A DNA stretch of 64,000 nucleotides from Dehalococcoidia bacterium (GTDB lineage: Bacteria > Chloroflexota > Dehalococcoidia > Plut-88900): assembly GCA_965249275.1 (NCBI GenBank), contig CBDFLQ010000007.1, positions 448,001 through 512,000 of the forward strand. The letters run 5' to 3'. Below the pieces are notes generated by a model that saw only the letters and a program-made list of their open reading frames with translations, was not told the origin of the DNA and made no database searches. This document shows positions 38,065 to 48,479 of the stretch, piece by piece. How positions within the stretch are numbered: the stretch's first letter is position 1; the number at the start of each line of letters is the position of its first letter. The translations under genes and the position numbers were made by a program.

Positions 38065-39912
38065 CTAGGAGATGCTCAGCATTTCCAACTTAGCCTCTGT
38101 CGGCTTTCCTTCCTGGTCCCATCCCCGCAGGCTGTAGTATTCAGGCAGCATCTTGTCCAGCTGCCCGACTCTGCCCTTCGCCGGGTTACTATCGCCTGAT
38201 ATGGCATCCTTGAGGATACGGTCGGGCAGTGTGTCGTCGGCCTTGGTGAGTCCGGCCTTGAGGTTGAACAGCCTCTCCAGGTTCCAGACCCTTTCGCCTA
38301 TGGTGTTCATGTCGTCCATGGTGAACTCCAGGCCCGTTACCCCTTCCAGTAGCTTCCTTATGTCATCTAAATCGTTCCCTGCCGAAATAAAGAGGCACAG
38401 CCCCGTTGAATCATGTATCGAGTTTTCGTTCTGCAGGGACACGACCAGCTCGGCTTTGCCTTCTGGCGAACCGGGGTCCAGCTTATACGGCATACCGAAT
38501 ATCTCGGCCCCCGGCGTGAACGCCCGCAGGTGGTCGGCGCCCCGGTTGTTGGTCGCGTAGGCAAGGCTCATCCCGTTAAAGGCCCGTGGGTCGTATGCCG
38601 GGAACTCCTGTCCCTTGGAGCCCATGTGCACCCTTGGGTTCCCGTACTTGACCCCCATCCTCTTCGATCCCTCAGCAAGCGCATCCCCGATCCCTTCTCG
38701 ATAGCAGGTCTTTTCGACCAGGGACACCAGCGCATCCCCGCTGCCGAAGTTTATCTCCATGCCCGCTTCGCTGTCGGAGATGGCGCCCATCTCGTAAAGC
38801 TCCATCGCCGCCGAGATCGTTGCTCCCATCGAAATTGTGTCGACACCCAGGTCGTTGCACATCCAGCTCGCCTTGATCAAAGCGTCCAGGTCCGAAACCC
38901 CGCACTGAGACCCAAGGGCCCATGCCGTCTCGTACTCCGGCCCTTCGCCTGCCACCTTCCAGTTCCGCGGGTGTGTGTTCACCATGAACTTGCCCGCCGC
39001 TTCTCCGGGGAGGTGGGTAACCCGGCCGCATGCTATCGTGCAGCTGAAGCAGGCCTTGTTGGCTACCAGCCGATTGTCGGTCACAGCCTCGCCGTTTATG
39101 TCTTCCTCACCCTCGAATTGCGTTTCCAAGTGGTTGCGGGTCGGAAGCCCGCCCGTCTCGTTGATGATTCCCATGATTTCGAGGGTGCCGTACATCTGCA
39201 TCCCCATCACACCGGGATTATTCGTCAACTTCCCGTGCTGCGAACCAATAGCCTGCATCGCACGTTCCGCCGATGCAACCCGAACGCTCCCCGTGCCTCG
39301 CACGGCGATAGCCTTCAGGTTCTTCGAACCCATCACCGCCCCGACCCCGGAGCGGCCCGCAGCCCGGTGCAGGTCGTTCACTATGCACGCAATCCTTACC
39401 AGGTTCTCACCAGCAGGGCCGATACTTGCGATAACGCAGTCCGGCACTCCGGTCTGCGCCCTTATCAGGTCCTGAGTCTCCCAGACCGTCTTGCCCCAAA
39501 TACCTTCCGCCGGGAGGAGTCTTGCATCATCGTCGTAGACCCACAGGTACACGGGGCTCGGGGACTTCCCATGAACGATGACCATGTCATACCCGGCGAA
39601 CTTTAGCTCCGGGCCCCAAAAGCCTCCCGAGTTGGATCCCGCCATCCCACCGGTCAGCGGGCTCTTGGTCACCACCGAGTAGCGTGATGACGCCGACGCC
39701 CCCGTCCCGGTTAGCGGCCCCGTGGATAAGACGAGCACGTTATCCGGCTCCAAAGCATCGACAGTGGGGTCACGCATCTCTTCATACAGATACTTGGCCC
39801 CCAGGCCTCTCATACCCACGTACTCCCGGGCCCAGTCCATGTTCAGGTCTTCTTTCGCAACGACGCCGTTGGTCAAGTCGACCCGCAGGACTTTTCCGGT
39901 CCAACCGTTCAT
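38065..39912 (-). CDS. aor: Tungsten aldehyde:ferredoxin oxidoreductase catalytic subunit (paralog 2)
   Basis: KSPLTG, SNSGGFWG, AAGRSGVGAVMGSKNLKAI, CFSCTIAC, PEYET, NRGADHL, YYSLRGW. Confidence 0.95.
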   Translation of the reverse strand: MNGWTGKVLRVDLTNGVVAKEDLNMDWAREYVGMRGLGAKYLYEEMRDPTVDALEPDNVLVLSTGPLTGTGASASSRYSVVTKSPLTGGMAGSNSGGFWGPELKFAGYDMVIVHGKSPSPVYLWVYDDDARLLPAEGIWGKTVWETQDLIRAQTGVPDCVIASIGPAGENLVRIACIVNDLHRAAGRSGVGAVMGSKNLKAIAVRGTGSVRVASAERAMQAIGSQHGKLTNNPGVMGMQMYGTLEIMGIINETGGLPTRNHLETQFEGEEDINGEAVTDNRLVANKACFSCTIACGRVTHLPGEAAGKFMVNTHPRNWKVAGEGPEYETAWALGSQCGVSDLDALIKASWMCNDLGVDTISMGATISAAMELYEMGAISDSEAGMEINFGSGDALVSLVEKTCYREGIGDALAEGSKRMGVKYGNPRVHMGSKGQEFPAYDPRAFNGMSLAYATNNRGADHLRAFTPGAEIFGMPYKLDPGSPEGKAELVVSLQNENSIHDSTGLCLFISAGNDLDDIRKLLEGVTGLEFTMDDMNTIGERVWNLERLFNLKAGLTKADDTLPDRILKDAISGDSNPAKGRVGQLDKMLPEYYSLRGWDQEGKPTEAKLEMLSIS

Positions 39913-39962
39913 CGGTATCCTATGCCTTTACAGATCCCGATAGTCCGTAAATCGGTCGGTCT

Positions 39963-41807
39963 TTAGAGGATTCCGAGTTGCGCCAGTTTGGCGTCCGTGG
40001 GATCTCCGTCCCGGGTCCAGCCCCTGAGGTCGTAGTACTCGGGCAGCATCTCGGACAACCGATTAACTCGACCCTTGGCCGGGCCTGCGGGAATGCCTTC
40101 GTTAAGCAGCCTCTTGGGCAGTGTGTCCTGGGCGCCCGGAATGCCGGCGTTGATGTTCCAGACCCGCTCCAGGTTGTAGATCCGCTCCCCGACTTCCATC
40201 AGGTCTTCCATGGAGTAGTCCATTCCCGTCGCTGCGTTGAGCTCCGGCTGTATGTCGTCCAGCCCGATGCCGAAGGTCAGGAACAGGCACAGCCCAGCGG
40301 CGTCCACCGTCGACGTGACGTCCTGGAATATCTTGGTCAGCCCCGCCTTCCCCTCCGTTACGGCAGGATCGGCCTGCTCAGGGATGCCGAACACTTCCGC
40401 GGCTATGGTGTAGGCCTTCAGGTGGCATGCGCCCCTGTTGGAGGTGGCGTACCCCAGCCCGATGCCCTGGAATGCCCGTGCGTCGTAAGCCGCGACTTCC
40501 TGACCCTTAACTCCTATGAACAGGTCCGGATGGCCGTACTTCTCGGTCATCCTCTTCGAGCCTTCAGCTAGCTCGTTGCCAAAGCCTTCCCGGAAGCAGG
40601 TTTTCTCGGCCATGGCGACCAGCACATCCCCGTTGCCGAAGTCCAGGGCCATCCCGGTCTCTTCCTGCGTGATAACGCCTTTTTCGTAAAGCTCCATCGC
40701 CGCTGCGAGGGTGCCGCCGTAGGATATCGGGTCGATTCCCAAGTCGTTGCAAATCCAGTTGGCCTTGATCAGTGCGTCCAGGTCCCCGATTCCGCAGTCG
40801 GCGCCCATGGCCCATGCTGCCTCGTACTCCGGCCCTTCACCCGACATCTTCCAGTTACGAGGAGTGGTGGTAACCATGTACTTGTCCGCTGCATCTCCGG
40901 GCAGGTGCGTCACCCGACCACAGGCAATGGTGCAAGCAAAACAGGCCTTGGGGCCCGTGAGACGGGTGTCGGTCATCGTCTCACCGCTAATCCCCTCGGC
41001 TTCGTCGAATTCGCCGTACTGGTGGTTGTTCGTGGGCAAGCCGCCGTGCTGGTTGATCACGTTGACCAGGATTGGGGTCCCGTAGGCTCGGAGACCCTCG
41101 CCGGTGACGGGAGACGCAGCCAGCTTTACCTTCGCCGCAAACGTCGATTCCATCATCGCCTCGGGCTTCGCCACTTGTACGGCGCCCGTGCCCCGCACAC
41201 CTATCGCCTTCAGGTTCTTGGAACCCATCACCGCCCCGACGCCGTTGCGACCCGCAGCCCGGTGCTTGTCGTTCATTATCGATGCGAACCGGACCATGTT
41301 TTCACCCGCAGGCCCGATGCTCGCCACTATAGCGTCCGGGACCGCCGTTTCGGTTCGGATCGTGTCCTCGGTCTCCCACACGCCCTTGCCCCACAGGTGG
41401 CTCGCATCTACGAGTTGCACGTCGTCATCGTAAATCCACAGGTAGACCGGGTTCGGCGATTTCCCGTTGAAGATCACCATGTCGTACCCGGCAAACTTGA
41501 GCTCGGGGCCCCAGTGTCCACCCGAGTTGGACGTGGTAATAGTCCCGGTCAGTGGGCTCTTGGTAACAACCATGTACCGAGCCCCGCACGATGCGTTGGT
41601 GCCGGTCATCGGGCCCGTGGCGAAAATCAGCTCATTCTCCGGGCTCAGGGGTTCGACCTTCGGATCCAGGTCCTCATATAGATATCTGGCTCCCAGGCCC
41701 CTCCCACCAACGTATTGGTGGGCCCATTCTTCATTCAGGTCTTCTTTTGTTATTGTGCCGGTGCTGAGATCAATTCGGAGCAGACGCCCCGACCATCCGT
41801 ATGCCAT
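39963..41807 (-). CDS. aor: Tungsten aldehyde:ferredoxin oxidoreductase catalytic subunit (paralog 1)
   Basis: KSPLTG, SNSGGHWG, GAVMGSKNLKAI, CFACTIAC, PEYEA, NRGACHL, YYDLRGW. Confidence 0.95.
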   Translation of the reverse strand: MAYGWSGRLLRIDLSTGTITKEDLNEEWAHQYVGGRGLGARYLYEDLDPKVEPLSPENELIFATGPMTGTNASCGARYMVVTKSPLTGTITTSNSGGHWGPELKFAGYDMVIFNGKSPNPVYLWIYDDDVQLVDASHLWGKGVWETEDTIRTETAVPDAIVASIGPAGENMVRFASIMNDKHRAAGRNGVGAVMGSKNLKAIGVRGTGAVQVAKPEAMMESTFAAKVKLAASPVTGEGLRAYGTPILVNVINQHGGLPTNNHQYGEFDEAEGISGETMTDTRLTGPKACFACTIACGRVTHLPGDAADKYMVTTTPRNWKMSGEGPEYEAAWAMGADCGIGDLDALIKANWICNDLGIDPISYGGTLAAAMELYEKGVITQEETGMALDFGNGDVLVAMAEKTCFREGFGNELAEGSKRMTEKYGHPDLFIGVKGQEVAAYDARAFQGIGLGYATSNRGACHLKAYTIAAEVFGIPEQADPAVTEGKAGLTKIFQDVTSTVDAAGLCLFLTFGIGLDDIQPELNAATGMDYSMEDLMEVGERIYNLERVWNINAGIPGAQDTLPKRLLNEGIPAGPAKGRVNRLSEMLPEYYDLRGWTRDGDPTDAKLAQLGIL

Positions 41808-41811
41808 GGCT

Positions 41812-42303
41812 TTAGCTCCCTTCTATGGATCGGGCGTAGTTTGCGTCCACCTTGTCACCCCAGGACCCCAGCCACGTCGCTTCCTCGATTTCGGTGAACT
41901 CAATGGCGTTAGTCGGGCAGGCCCTGGCGCAGGCGGGGTCTCCGCCGCACAGGTCGCACTTGACAGCCTTCTTGGTAGTCGGATTAAGAAACACCGTGCC
42001 GAACGGGCAGGCGATGACGCACAGCTTACATCCCACGCAGGTGTCTTCTATGACGATCTTTGCCTGGGTGTCGGGGTCTACGCCTATGGCGTTGACCGGG
42101 CACACCTGCAGACACCACGCCTCATCGCATTGGAAACAGGTGTACGGGCTATAGCTGGACTGCTCATCGAATATATGCACCCGTATCAGTGACTGGGACG
42201 GCTGGAATGTTCCAGTCTGCACCCACGAGCAAGCCAACTCGCATTGTATGCAGCCGGTGCATCGGTCAGGGTGTATTTCAAGCATCTTTATAGTGCTTCC
42301 CAT
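41812..42303 (-). CDS. 4x[4Fe-4S] ferredoxin-like subunit (AorA/DmsB-like)
   Basis: CTGCIQCELAC, CFQCDEAWCLQVCP, CVGCKLCVIACPFG, KCDLCGGDPACARACP; AAGGAGG RBS. Confidence 0.93.
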   Translation of the reverse strand: MGSTIKMLEIHPDRCTGCIQCELACSWVQTGTFQPSQSLIRVHIFDEQSSYSPYTCFQCDEAWCLQVCPVNAIGVDPDTQAKIVIEDTCVGCKLCVIACPFGTVFLNPTTKKAVKCDLCGGDPACARACPTNAIEFTEIEEATWLGSWGDKVDANYARSIEGS

Positions 42304-42383
42304 GCCTGCCTCCTTCAAGAAGGTACGCTATAAGGTAACGCGGGCTCATTTCACACCGGGCAATGCCCGATGGAGGGAGTTTT

Positions 42384-42412
42384 AGAATAGGGTTGACGGC
42401 AAGATTTGTCAA
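42384..42412 (-). promoter_or_regulatory. Candidate sigma70 promoter of the aor operon with overlapping TTGAC-N10-GTCAA palindrome
   Basis: Minus strand TTGACA-N17-TATTCT. Confidence 0.55.
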
Positions 42413-42518
42413 TGAAATCCAGTCTGTTTTACCTTTTGCAAGCGAACATTATGTTGAGTATTCTCGGTGTTTAAATATTTGTTGCTCATCATTGGCTGAT
42501 GGAAGTCGTTTTGCAATG

Positions 42519-42548
42519 TTGACAAGCAACAAATGTGTTGCGCATACT
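42519..42548 (+). promoter_or_regulatory. hicAB-1 promoter with operator palindrome
   Basis: TTGACA-N18-CATACT with GCAACA-N4-TGTTGC (42526-42541) in the spacer. Confidence 0.75.
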
Positions 42549-42554
42549 TAATTC

Positions 42555-42743
42555 ATTGACGCCAATGAACTAAGACGCTGGCTGCAAAGACAAGGATGTA
42601 CGTTCGAAACTCATAAAGGCGGTAGTGGTCACTTAACAGTTCGCCTTGGAGACAGGACTTCTCAGTTGCCTATGCATGGCGCCAACAAGGAACTCGGGCG
42701 CAAGCTGGTCGCCAAGATCAAGAAAGACCTGGGACTGAAGTAA
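42555..42743 (+). CDS. hicA: HicA-family toxin (ATT start, not in ORF track)
   Basis: Manual translation (I/M)DANELRRWLQRQGCTFETHKGGSGHLTVRLGDRTSQLPMHGANKELGRKLVAKIKKDLGLK*; stop overlaps the hicB start (TAATG). Confidence 0.85.
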   Translation: MDANELRRWLQRQGCTFETHKGGSGHLTVRLGDRTSQLPMHGANKELGRKLVAKIKKDLGLK

Positions 42744-43180
42744 TGCTCGATTATCCTATAGAATTGCAAGACGACGACGCCAGCGTATTGGCCACATCCG
42801 TTGATTTCCCGGAGTTCACTACTTTTGGTGAGGATCGCACAGACGCCAAATCACGTGCTCTCGATGCACTGCAGGAAGCTATAGCCGCCCGTATCCACGA
42901 CCGCCGCGACATCCCTCTCCCCTCCCCCGGCGGCAACGTACGCATCACCTTACCCACCCTCACCGCGGTTAAGGTCATCCTGTATCAAGGCATGAGAGAT
43001 CAAGGGATCAGTAAAACCGACTTGGCCCGCCGTCTAGGGTGGCATCTCCCACAGGTCGACCGAGTACTGAACGTCAACCATAACTCCCGTCTCGACCAGA
43101 TGGATGCCGCATTACAGGCTATAGGTTGCCGCCTAAGTGTGAGTCCTGTATCTTCACCTCCGGAACTTATACGGGCTTAG
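42743..43180 (+). CDS. hicB: HicB-family antitoxin with C-terminal HTH
   Basis: YPIEL...DFPEFTTFGED...A.DAL..AI...IPLPS, then KTDLARRLGWHLPQVDRVL. Confidence 0.9.
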   Translation: MLDYPIELQDDDASVLATSVDFPEFTTFGEDRTDAKSRALDALQEAIAARIHDRRDIPLPSPGGNVRITLPTLTAVKVILYQGMRDQGISKTDLARRLGWHLPQVDRVLNVNHNSRLDQMDAALQAIGCRLSVSPVSSPPELIRA

Positions 43181-43192
43181 TGTTGCGATCCA

Positions 43193-44872
43193 TTGAAGGA
43201 ATTAGCTTTGCCTGAATCTCCTCAACAAGATACCCTCCAGGAAACCAAGACCAACTGGACCAAGAAGTACGAAGCGTCTAGAAAGCGCGACGCCCTCTTT
43301 ACCACCGTCTCCGGCGCGCCCGTCGATCCCCTCAACATCCCCTCCCCCGACCCCTACTCCGACTTCGACGAAAACATGGGGATGCCCGGCCAGTACCCGT
43401 TCCTGCGCGGCATACATCCCACCGGACACCGAGGCCGGCTCTGGACAATGCGCATGTTTTCCGGCTTCGGGACCGCCGAGGAGACCAACGCCCGATTCAA
43501 GTTCCTCCTTGGCCAGGGTGAAACAGGCCTCAGCACCGCCTTCGACATGCCCACCCTCATGGGCTACGACCACGACGACCCCATGGCCATCGGCGAGTTC
43601 GGAAAGTGTGGCGTTGCCGTTTCATCTCTAGCCGACATGGAAGTCCTCTTCGACGACATTCCCATCGAACAGGTCACCACATCCATGACCATCAACGGCC
43701 CCGCCGCCATTATCTGGGCCATGTTCATCGCCGCCGCCGAAAAACGCGGCGTGCCTAGGGCAAAACTCGGCGGCACACTCCAGAACGATATCATTAAGGA
43801 ATACACCGCCCAGAATGAATATATATTCCCCGTCGAGGCCTCAATGCGCCTCGTGACAGATACCGTTGAGCTTGCCGCCAAGGAGATGCCCCGCTGGAAC
43901 CCCATCAGCATCAGCGGATACCACATTCGGGAGGCCGGCGCCACCGCAGCCCAGGAGCTTGCCTTCACCCTCGCCGCCGGCTTCGAATACGTGGACTGGG
44001 CCCTTGAACGTGGTCTCGACATCGACGAGTTCGCCCAGCGACTCAGCTTCTTCTTCAACGTCCACGACGACTTCTTCGAAGAGATATCCAAGTTCCGCGC
44101 CGCCCGCAGAATATGGGCCCGAGAGCTCCGGTCCCGCTACGGCGCGAAAAGCGACCGCTCCCTCTGGCTTCGCACTCACGCCCAGACCGCCGGTGCCGCT
44201 CTCACTGCTCAGCAGCCGGAGATAAACGTATCCCGGGTCGCCCTCCAGGCTCTCGCCGCCGTGCTCGGGGGAGTCCAGTCCCTCCACACCAACTCCATGG
44301 ACGAGGTTCTTGCCCTTCCCTCCCAGGAGGCCGTTCTGGTCGCCCTTCGCACCCAGCAGATCATTGCCCACGAAAGCGGTGTGGCGGACCTCGCCGACCC
44401 CCTGGGCGGCAGCTACCACCTTGAAGCCATGACCGACCGCATCGAAGAGGAAGCCTACGAGTACTTCCGGCAGATCGAGGACCAGGGAGGCGTCATCACA
44501 GCCGTCAAGAACGGCTACTTCCAACGCCAGATCGCCGACTCCGCATTTAAGTACCAGCGGGAGATCGAGCAGAACCAGCGCATCAAAGTAGGCCTAAACG
44601 GCTACGCCGAGGGGAGCGACCCCCAAATTCCCATTTTAGCAATGGATCGGGAAGGCGAGCGTCGCCATCTCGAAAGGCTGCACCGCACCCGGGACACTCG
44701 AGACCAGGCCGCCGTCGACCGCGCCCTCTCCGACCTCAAGCGTGCTGCCCTCGGCTCCGAAAACCTCATGCCCTACCTGCTTACCGCGGCTCGAGCCTAT
44801 GCCACTCTCGGCGAGACTACAAACGCTCTCCGTGAGACCCTCGGCGAGTCAGAAATCTACAACGTGGCCTAA
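43193..44872 (+). CDS. B12-dependent acyl-CoA mutase large subunit, isobutyryl-CoA mutase-like (Phe/Gln determinants)
   Basis: [49 protein letters not shown]; no B12-binding domain. Confidence 0.88.
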   Translation: MKELALPESPQQDTLQETKTNWTKKYEASRKRDALFTTVSGAPVDPLNIPSPDPYSDFDENMGMPGQYPFLRGIHPTGHRGRLWTMRMFSGFGTAEETNARFKFLLGQGETGLSTAFDMPTLMGYDHDDPMAIGEFGKCGVAVSSLADMEVLFDDIPIEQVTTSMTINGPAAIIWAMFIAAAEKRGVPRAKLGGTLQNDIIKEYTAQNEYIFPVEASMRLVTDTVELAAKEMPRWNPISISGYHIREAGATAAQELAFTLAAGFEYVDWALERGLDIDEFAQRLSFFFNVHDDFFEEISKFRAARRIWARELRSRYGAKSDRSLWLRTHAQTAGAALTAQQPEINVSRVALQALAAVLGGVQSLHTNSMDEVLALPSQEAVLVALRTQQIIAHESGVADLADPLGGSYHLEAMTDRIEEEAYEYFRQIEDQGGVITAVKNGYFQRQIADSAFKYQREIEQNQRIKVGLNGYAEGSDPQIPILAMDREGERRHLERLHRTRDTRDQAAVDRALSDLKRAALGSENLMPYLLTAARAYATLGETTNALRETLGESEIYNVA

Positions 44873-44938
44873 CTTAACCTCACTACTTCCTCTCCCTGAT
44901 CGGACGCCTTCGCATCTCGCATTATGGCGTTGCATCTG

Positions 44939-44967
44939 ATAGCATAAATGAGGCAACTTTATGCTAT
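44939..44967 (+). promoter_or_regulatory. hicAB-2 operator palindrome
   Basis: Perfect ATAGCATAAA-N9-TTTATGCTAT overlapping the ATG at 44966. Confidence 0.75.
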
Positions 44968-45163
44968 GGACAGCAGGGAAGTATTAAGAAGATTGAAGAA
45001 GGACGGTTGGGTGCTTAAAATCACTAAGGGCAGTCACCATCAATTCACACATCACGTAAAGCTAGGGAAAGTCACCGTTAAGCATCCACAAAAGGATATA
45101 CCCATAGAGACAATGCGGAGCATCTTCCGTCAAGCATACTGGAACTGGAAGGACCGACGATGA
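44966..45163 (+). CDS. hicA: HicA-family toxin
   Basis: MDSREVLRRLKKDGW...KGSHHQF.H...GKVTVKHPQKDIP..T..SI..QA. Confidence 0.92.
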   Translation: MDSREVLRRLKKDGWVLKITKGSHHQFTHHVKLGKVTVKHPQKDIPIETMRSIFRQAYWNWKDRR

Positions 45164-45450
45164 AATACCATGTAATCATCCACAAAGACCCTGGTTCTTC
45201 CTACGGTGTCACTGTCCCTGATCTACCCGGCTGTTTCTCGGGCGGCGACACATTTGAAGAGGCGCTGTCCTCTGTTAGGGAAGCAATCGAATGTCATATC
45301 GAGGGAATACTCATGGACGGGGATGCCATCCCAGAAAAAAAGCCCTTGCAGATCCACAAGGCCAATGAGGATTTCGCAGGCGGCACTTGGGCCAGCGTCT
45401 CCGTCGATCTCTCTGCTCTATCCGCGAACCCTGCGCCATCCCGTCTCTAG
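45160..45450 (+). CDS. hicB: HicB-family antitoxin, short (no C-terminal DNA-binding domain)
   Basis: YHVIIHKD...YGVTVPDLPGCFSGGDTFEEA...EAI..H; ATGA overlap with hicA. Confidence 0.88.
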   Translation: MKYHVIIHKDPGSSYGVTVPDLPGCFSGGDTFEEALSSVREAIECHIEGILMDGDAIPEKKPLQIHKANEDFAGGTWASVSVDLSALSANPAPSRL

Positions 45451-45595
45451 AAGCCCTTTCTCCAGCTCCGCAAAACATTCTGGGCCTCCGTAGCATTTCC
45501 GAAATCATGCAGCAAATTGGCGCAACGCGCTCCACGCGTTTATGATAAACGCGGGAGGCCGACCTCAATCTTTCTTACCAACTAAGGGATTCCCT

Positions 45596-47260
45596 ATGCT
45601 CAAAGAAAAAGACTTGAATAAGATCATCCAACGCCAGCAGGAGTGGCAGGAAAAGGCCGACAAGGCCCGACAGCGGGATGGCCTCTTCTCTACCTCCTCA
45701 GGGGCCCCCATCAAAGCCGCCTACTCTCCCCTAGACATAGCCGATCAGGACTACATGACCGACGTCGGCATGCCCGGCGAGTACCCATTCACCCGCGGAA
45801 TCCACCCGACGGGCTACCGTGGCAGACTCTGGACCATGCGCCAATACGCCGGATTTGGCTCCGCCGGAGAGTCTAACCGCCGCTACCGCTACCTGCTCGA
45901 ACAGGGCCAAACGGGTCTCAGCGTCGCCTTTGACCTTCCCACTCAGATGGGTTACGACTCCGACCATCATATGTCCCGCGGCGAGGTAGGTAAGGTGGGA
46001 GTTCCCATCGACACCCTCGCCGACATGGAGGTCCTTTTCGAGGACATTCCCCTCGAAAAGGTCACCACGTCCATGACCATTAACGCCACCGCATCAATCC
46101 TTCTAGCGCTTTATGTCGCCATGGCCAAGAAGCAGGACGCCGACCTCTCCAAGCTCGGCGGAACAGTCCAGAACGATATCCTCAAGGAATACATCGCCCG
46201 GGGCACCTACATCTACCCACCCCGCCCCTCCATGCGCCTCATCACTGATCTCTTCCGTTACTGCGGAGAAAGCCTTCCTGCCTGGAACACCATAAGCATA
46301 AGCGGCTATCACATGCGGGAAGCCGGGTGTACGGCGGTCCAGGAGCTCGCCTTTACCTTTAGTGACGCCATAGCCTACGTTCAGGCCGCCGTGGATGCGG
46401 GCATGGACGTGGACAAATTCGGGGCCCGGCTCTCCTTCTTCTTTGTCAGCCAGAACAACCTCCTGGAAGAGGTGGCCAAGTTCCGTGCCGCCCGAAAGAT
46501 CTGGGCCCGAATAATGAAGGAGCGCTTCAACGCCCAGAACCCTCGCTCCTGGATGGTCAGGTTCCACACGCAGACCGCCGGCGCCGCTCTAACAGCACAG
46601 CAACCGGAGAACAACATCGTCAGGGTCACCATACAGGCCCTGGCCGCTGTCCTCGGTGGCACACAATCGCTCCACACAAACTCTATGGACGAGGCCCTCG
46701 CCCTTCCTTCCGAAAAAGCCGCTACCATCGCCCTCCGCACTCAGCAGATCGTCGCAAATGAGTCGGGCTGTGCTGACGTTATAGACCCGTTGGCAGGCTC
46801 CTTCTACGTGGAGCGCCTCACCAAGGACCTGGAAGACGAGACCTTTAAATATATCGAGCGAATAGACGACTTCGGCGGGGCCCTCGGCGCGATCGAGCGC
46901 GGATTCATTCAACAGGAGATTCAGGACAGCGCATTCCGCCATCAGCAGGAGATCGAGTCGAGCAAGCGGGTAGTGGTGGGTGTGAACGCCTACGAAAGCC
47001 CCCAGCCTCCCCTTCAGGGAACGCTCAAGATAGACCCCGAGCTGGCCCGCACCCAGGTCGAGAATCTCCAGAAGATCAAGCAGTCTCGAGATCAGGCAGC
47101 CGTGGACAGCGCCTTGAACTCTCTGAGAGAAGTGGCCGCGGGGGATGGCAACACGATGCCCGCGATCCTGGAGGCTGTCGAAGTCTATGCCACCCTCGGC
47201 GAAATTAGCGATGTCCTCCGGGACGTCTTCGGTGACTACGAACCGTCCGCTACTTTCTGA
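45596..47260 (+). CDS. Methylmalonyl-CoA mutase large (substrate-binding) subunit
   Basis: WTMRQYAGF and [14 protein letters not shown] (Tyr/Arg determinants); [10 protein letters not shown]. Confidence 0.92.
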   Translation: MLKEKDLNKIIQRQQEWQEKADKARQRDGLFSTSSGAPIKAAYSPLDIADQDYMTDVGMPGEYPFTRGIHPTGYRGRLWTMRQYAGFGSAGESNRRYRYLLEQGQTGLSVAFDLPTQMGYDSDHHMSRGEVGKVGVPIDTLADMEVLFEDIPLEKVTTSMTINATASILLALYVAMAKKQDADLSKLGGTVQNDILKEYIARGTYIYPPRPSMRLITDLFRYCGESLPAWNTISISGYHMREAGCTAVQELAFTFSDAIAYVQAAVDAGMDVDKFGARLSFFFVSQNNLLEEVAKFRAARKIWARIMKERFNAQNPRSWMVRFHTQTAGAALTAQQPENNIVRVTIQALAAVLGGTQSLHTNSMDEALALPSEKAATIALRTQQIVANESGCADVIDPLAGSFYVERLTKDLEDETFKYIERIDDFGGALGAIERGFIQQEIQDSAFRHQQEIESSKRVVVGVNAYESPQPPLQGTLKIDPELARTQVENLQKIKQSRDQAAVDSALNSLREVAAGDGNTMPAILEAVEVYATLGEISDVLRDVFGDYEPSATF

Positions 47261-47310
47261 GCCCCGTTATAACTGGTTAGTCATGCCCCAAACCGGGAAG
47301 GATTTAGTAA

Positions 47311-48459
47311 ATGGACTTCGGATTCACTGAAGAACACAAGCTCCTGCAGAGGAACGTAAGAGACTTCGCCAAGAAGGAAATCGGGCCATCTGCCGCGAGG
47401 ATCGATCGGGACGAAGAGTTCCCTTGGGACAACTTCCGCAAGATGGGAGAGATAGGCCTGATGGGCGTCTCCGTAGACCCTCAATACGGCGGTTCCGGAG
47501 GCGGCTACATAGATCTTTCCATCGTGGTAGAGGAGTTGGCCCGGGTCTGCGCTGCCACGTCCCTCATCTACATCGCCTCCGTCTCCCTCGCCTCCAAGTG
47601 TATCGAGGCGTTCGGGTCGCACGAGCAAAAGAACGCCTATCTCAGGCCCTTAGCCCGAGGCCAGAGGCTTGGCGCCTTTGCCCTCTCCGAGCCCAACGCC
47701 GGTAGCGACGTCGCCTCATTACGCACCAACGCCACGACACACGGGGGCCAATATTTCCTCAACGGCAGCAAGACCTTCATCACCAACGGAGACCTGGCTG
47801 ACTTCCTTGTTGTGTTTGCCACCGAAAACCTAAAGCTGGGCACCAAAGGCATCTCCGCTTTCATTGTCGAGAAGCAATACGAAGGTTTCACAGGCCGCAA
47901 CGAGCCAGGCAAGATGGGGATGCGCGGCTCCAACACTGCAGAGCTTTTCTTCCAGGACTGTTGCGTTCCGCTGAAGAACCTGCTGGGCGAAGACGGCAAG
48001 GGGATGCGGATCGCGCTGGCAACCATAGAGGCGAGCCGCATTACCATTGCCGCTCAGGCCGTGGGAATTGCCCACGCGGCTCTGGATTCGGCTCTTGAGT
48101 ACTCCCGGCACCGGCAGGCATTTGGCCACCCTATTTCTGATTTCCAGGCCATTCAGTGGATGCTCGCCGACATGGCGACCCAGGTCAACGCCGCCCGACT
48201 CATCACCTACCAGGCTGCTGACAAAAAAGAGCGTGGAGAGCCCTTCGGCCGGGAATCGGCCATGGCCAAGCTCTTCGCTTCGGAGATTGCGGGTCAGGTC
48301 ACGTCCAAGGCTATCCAGATTCACGGCGGCTACGGCTATTTCAAAGAAAGCCCCGTCGAGAGGTATTTCCGGGACGCCAAGGTCACCGAGATATACGAAG
48401 GCACCTCCGAAGTGCAGCGCATGGTAATATCCCGGGACCTTTTGAAATTTGGTCTATAG
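47311..48459 (+). CDS. Acyl-CoA dehydrogenase (short/branched chain)
   Basis: ALSEPNAGSD, NGSKTFITNG, RQAFG, QIHGGYGY, IYEGTSEVQR. Confidence 0.95.
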   Translation: MDFGFTEEHKLLQRNVRDFAKKEIGPSAARIDRDEEFPWDNFRKMGEIGLMGVSVDPQYGGSGGGYIDLSIVVEELARVCAATSLIYIASVSLASKCIEAFGSHEQKNAYLRPLARGQRLGAFALSEPNAGSDVASLRTNATTHGGQYFLNGSKTFITNGDLADFLVVFATENLKLGTKGISAFIVEKQYEGFTGRNEPGKMGMRGSNTAELFFQDCCVPLKNLLGEDGKGMRIALATIEASRITIAAQAVGIAHAALDSALEYSRHRQAFGHPISDFQAIQWMLADMATQVNAARLITYQAADKKERGEPFGRESAMAKLFASEIAGQVTSKAIQIHGGYGYFKESPVERYFRDAKVTEIYEGTSEVQRMVISRDLLKFGL

Positions 48460-48479
48460 TCCTCTCTCAAGGATCCTCA

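Noticed and set aside
43193-47260. Alpha/beta heterodimeric MCM with an inactive beta subunit
   Set aside because: Both large subunits keep catalytic motifs (GYH.REAG, QND..KE) and lack the B12 domain; determinants point to two specificities
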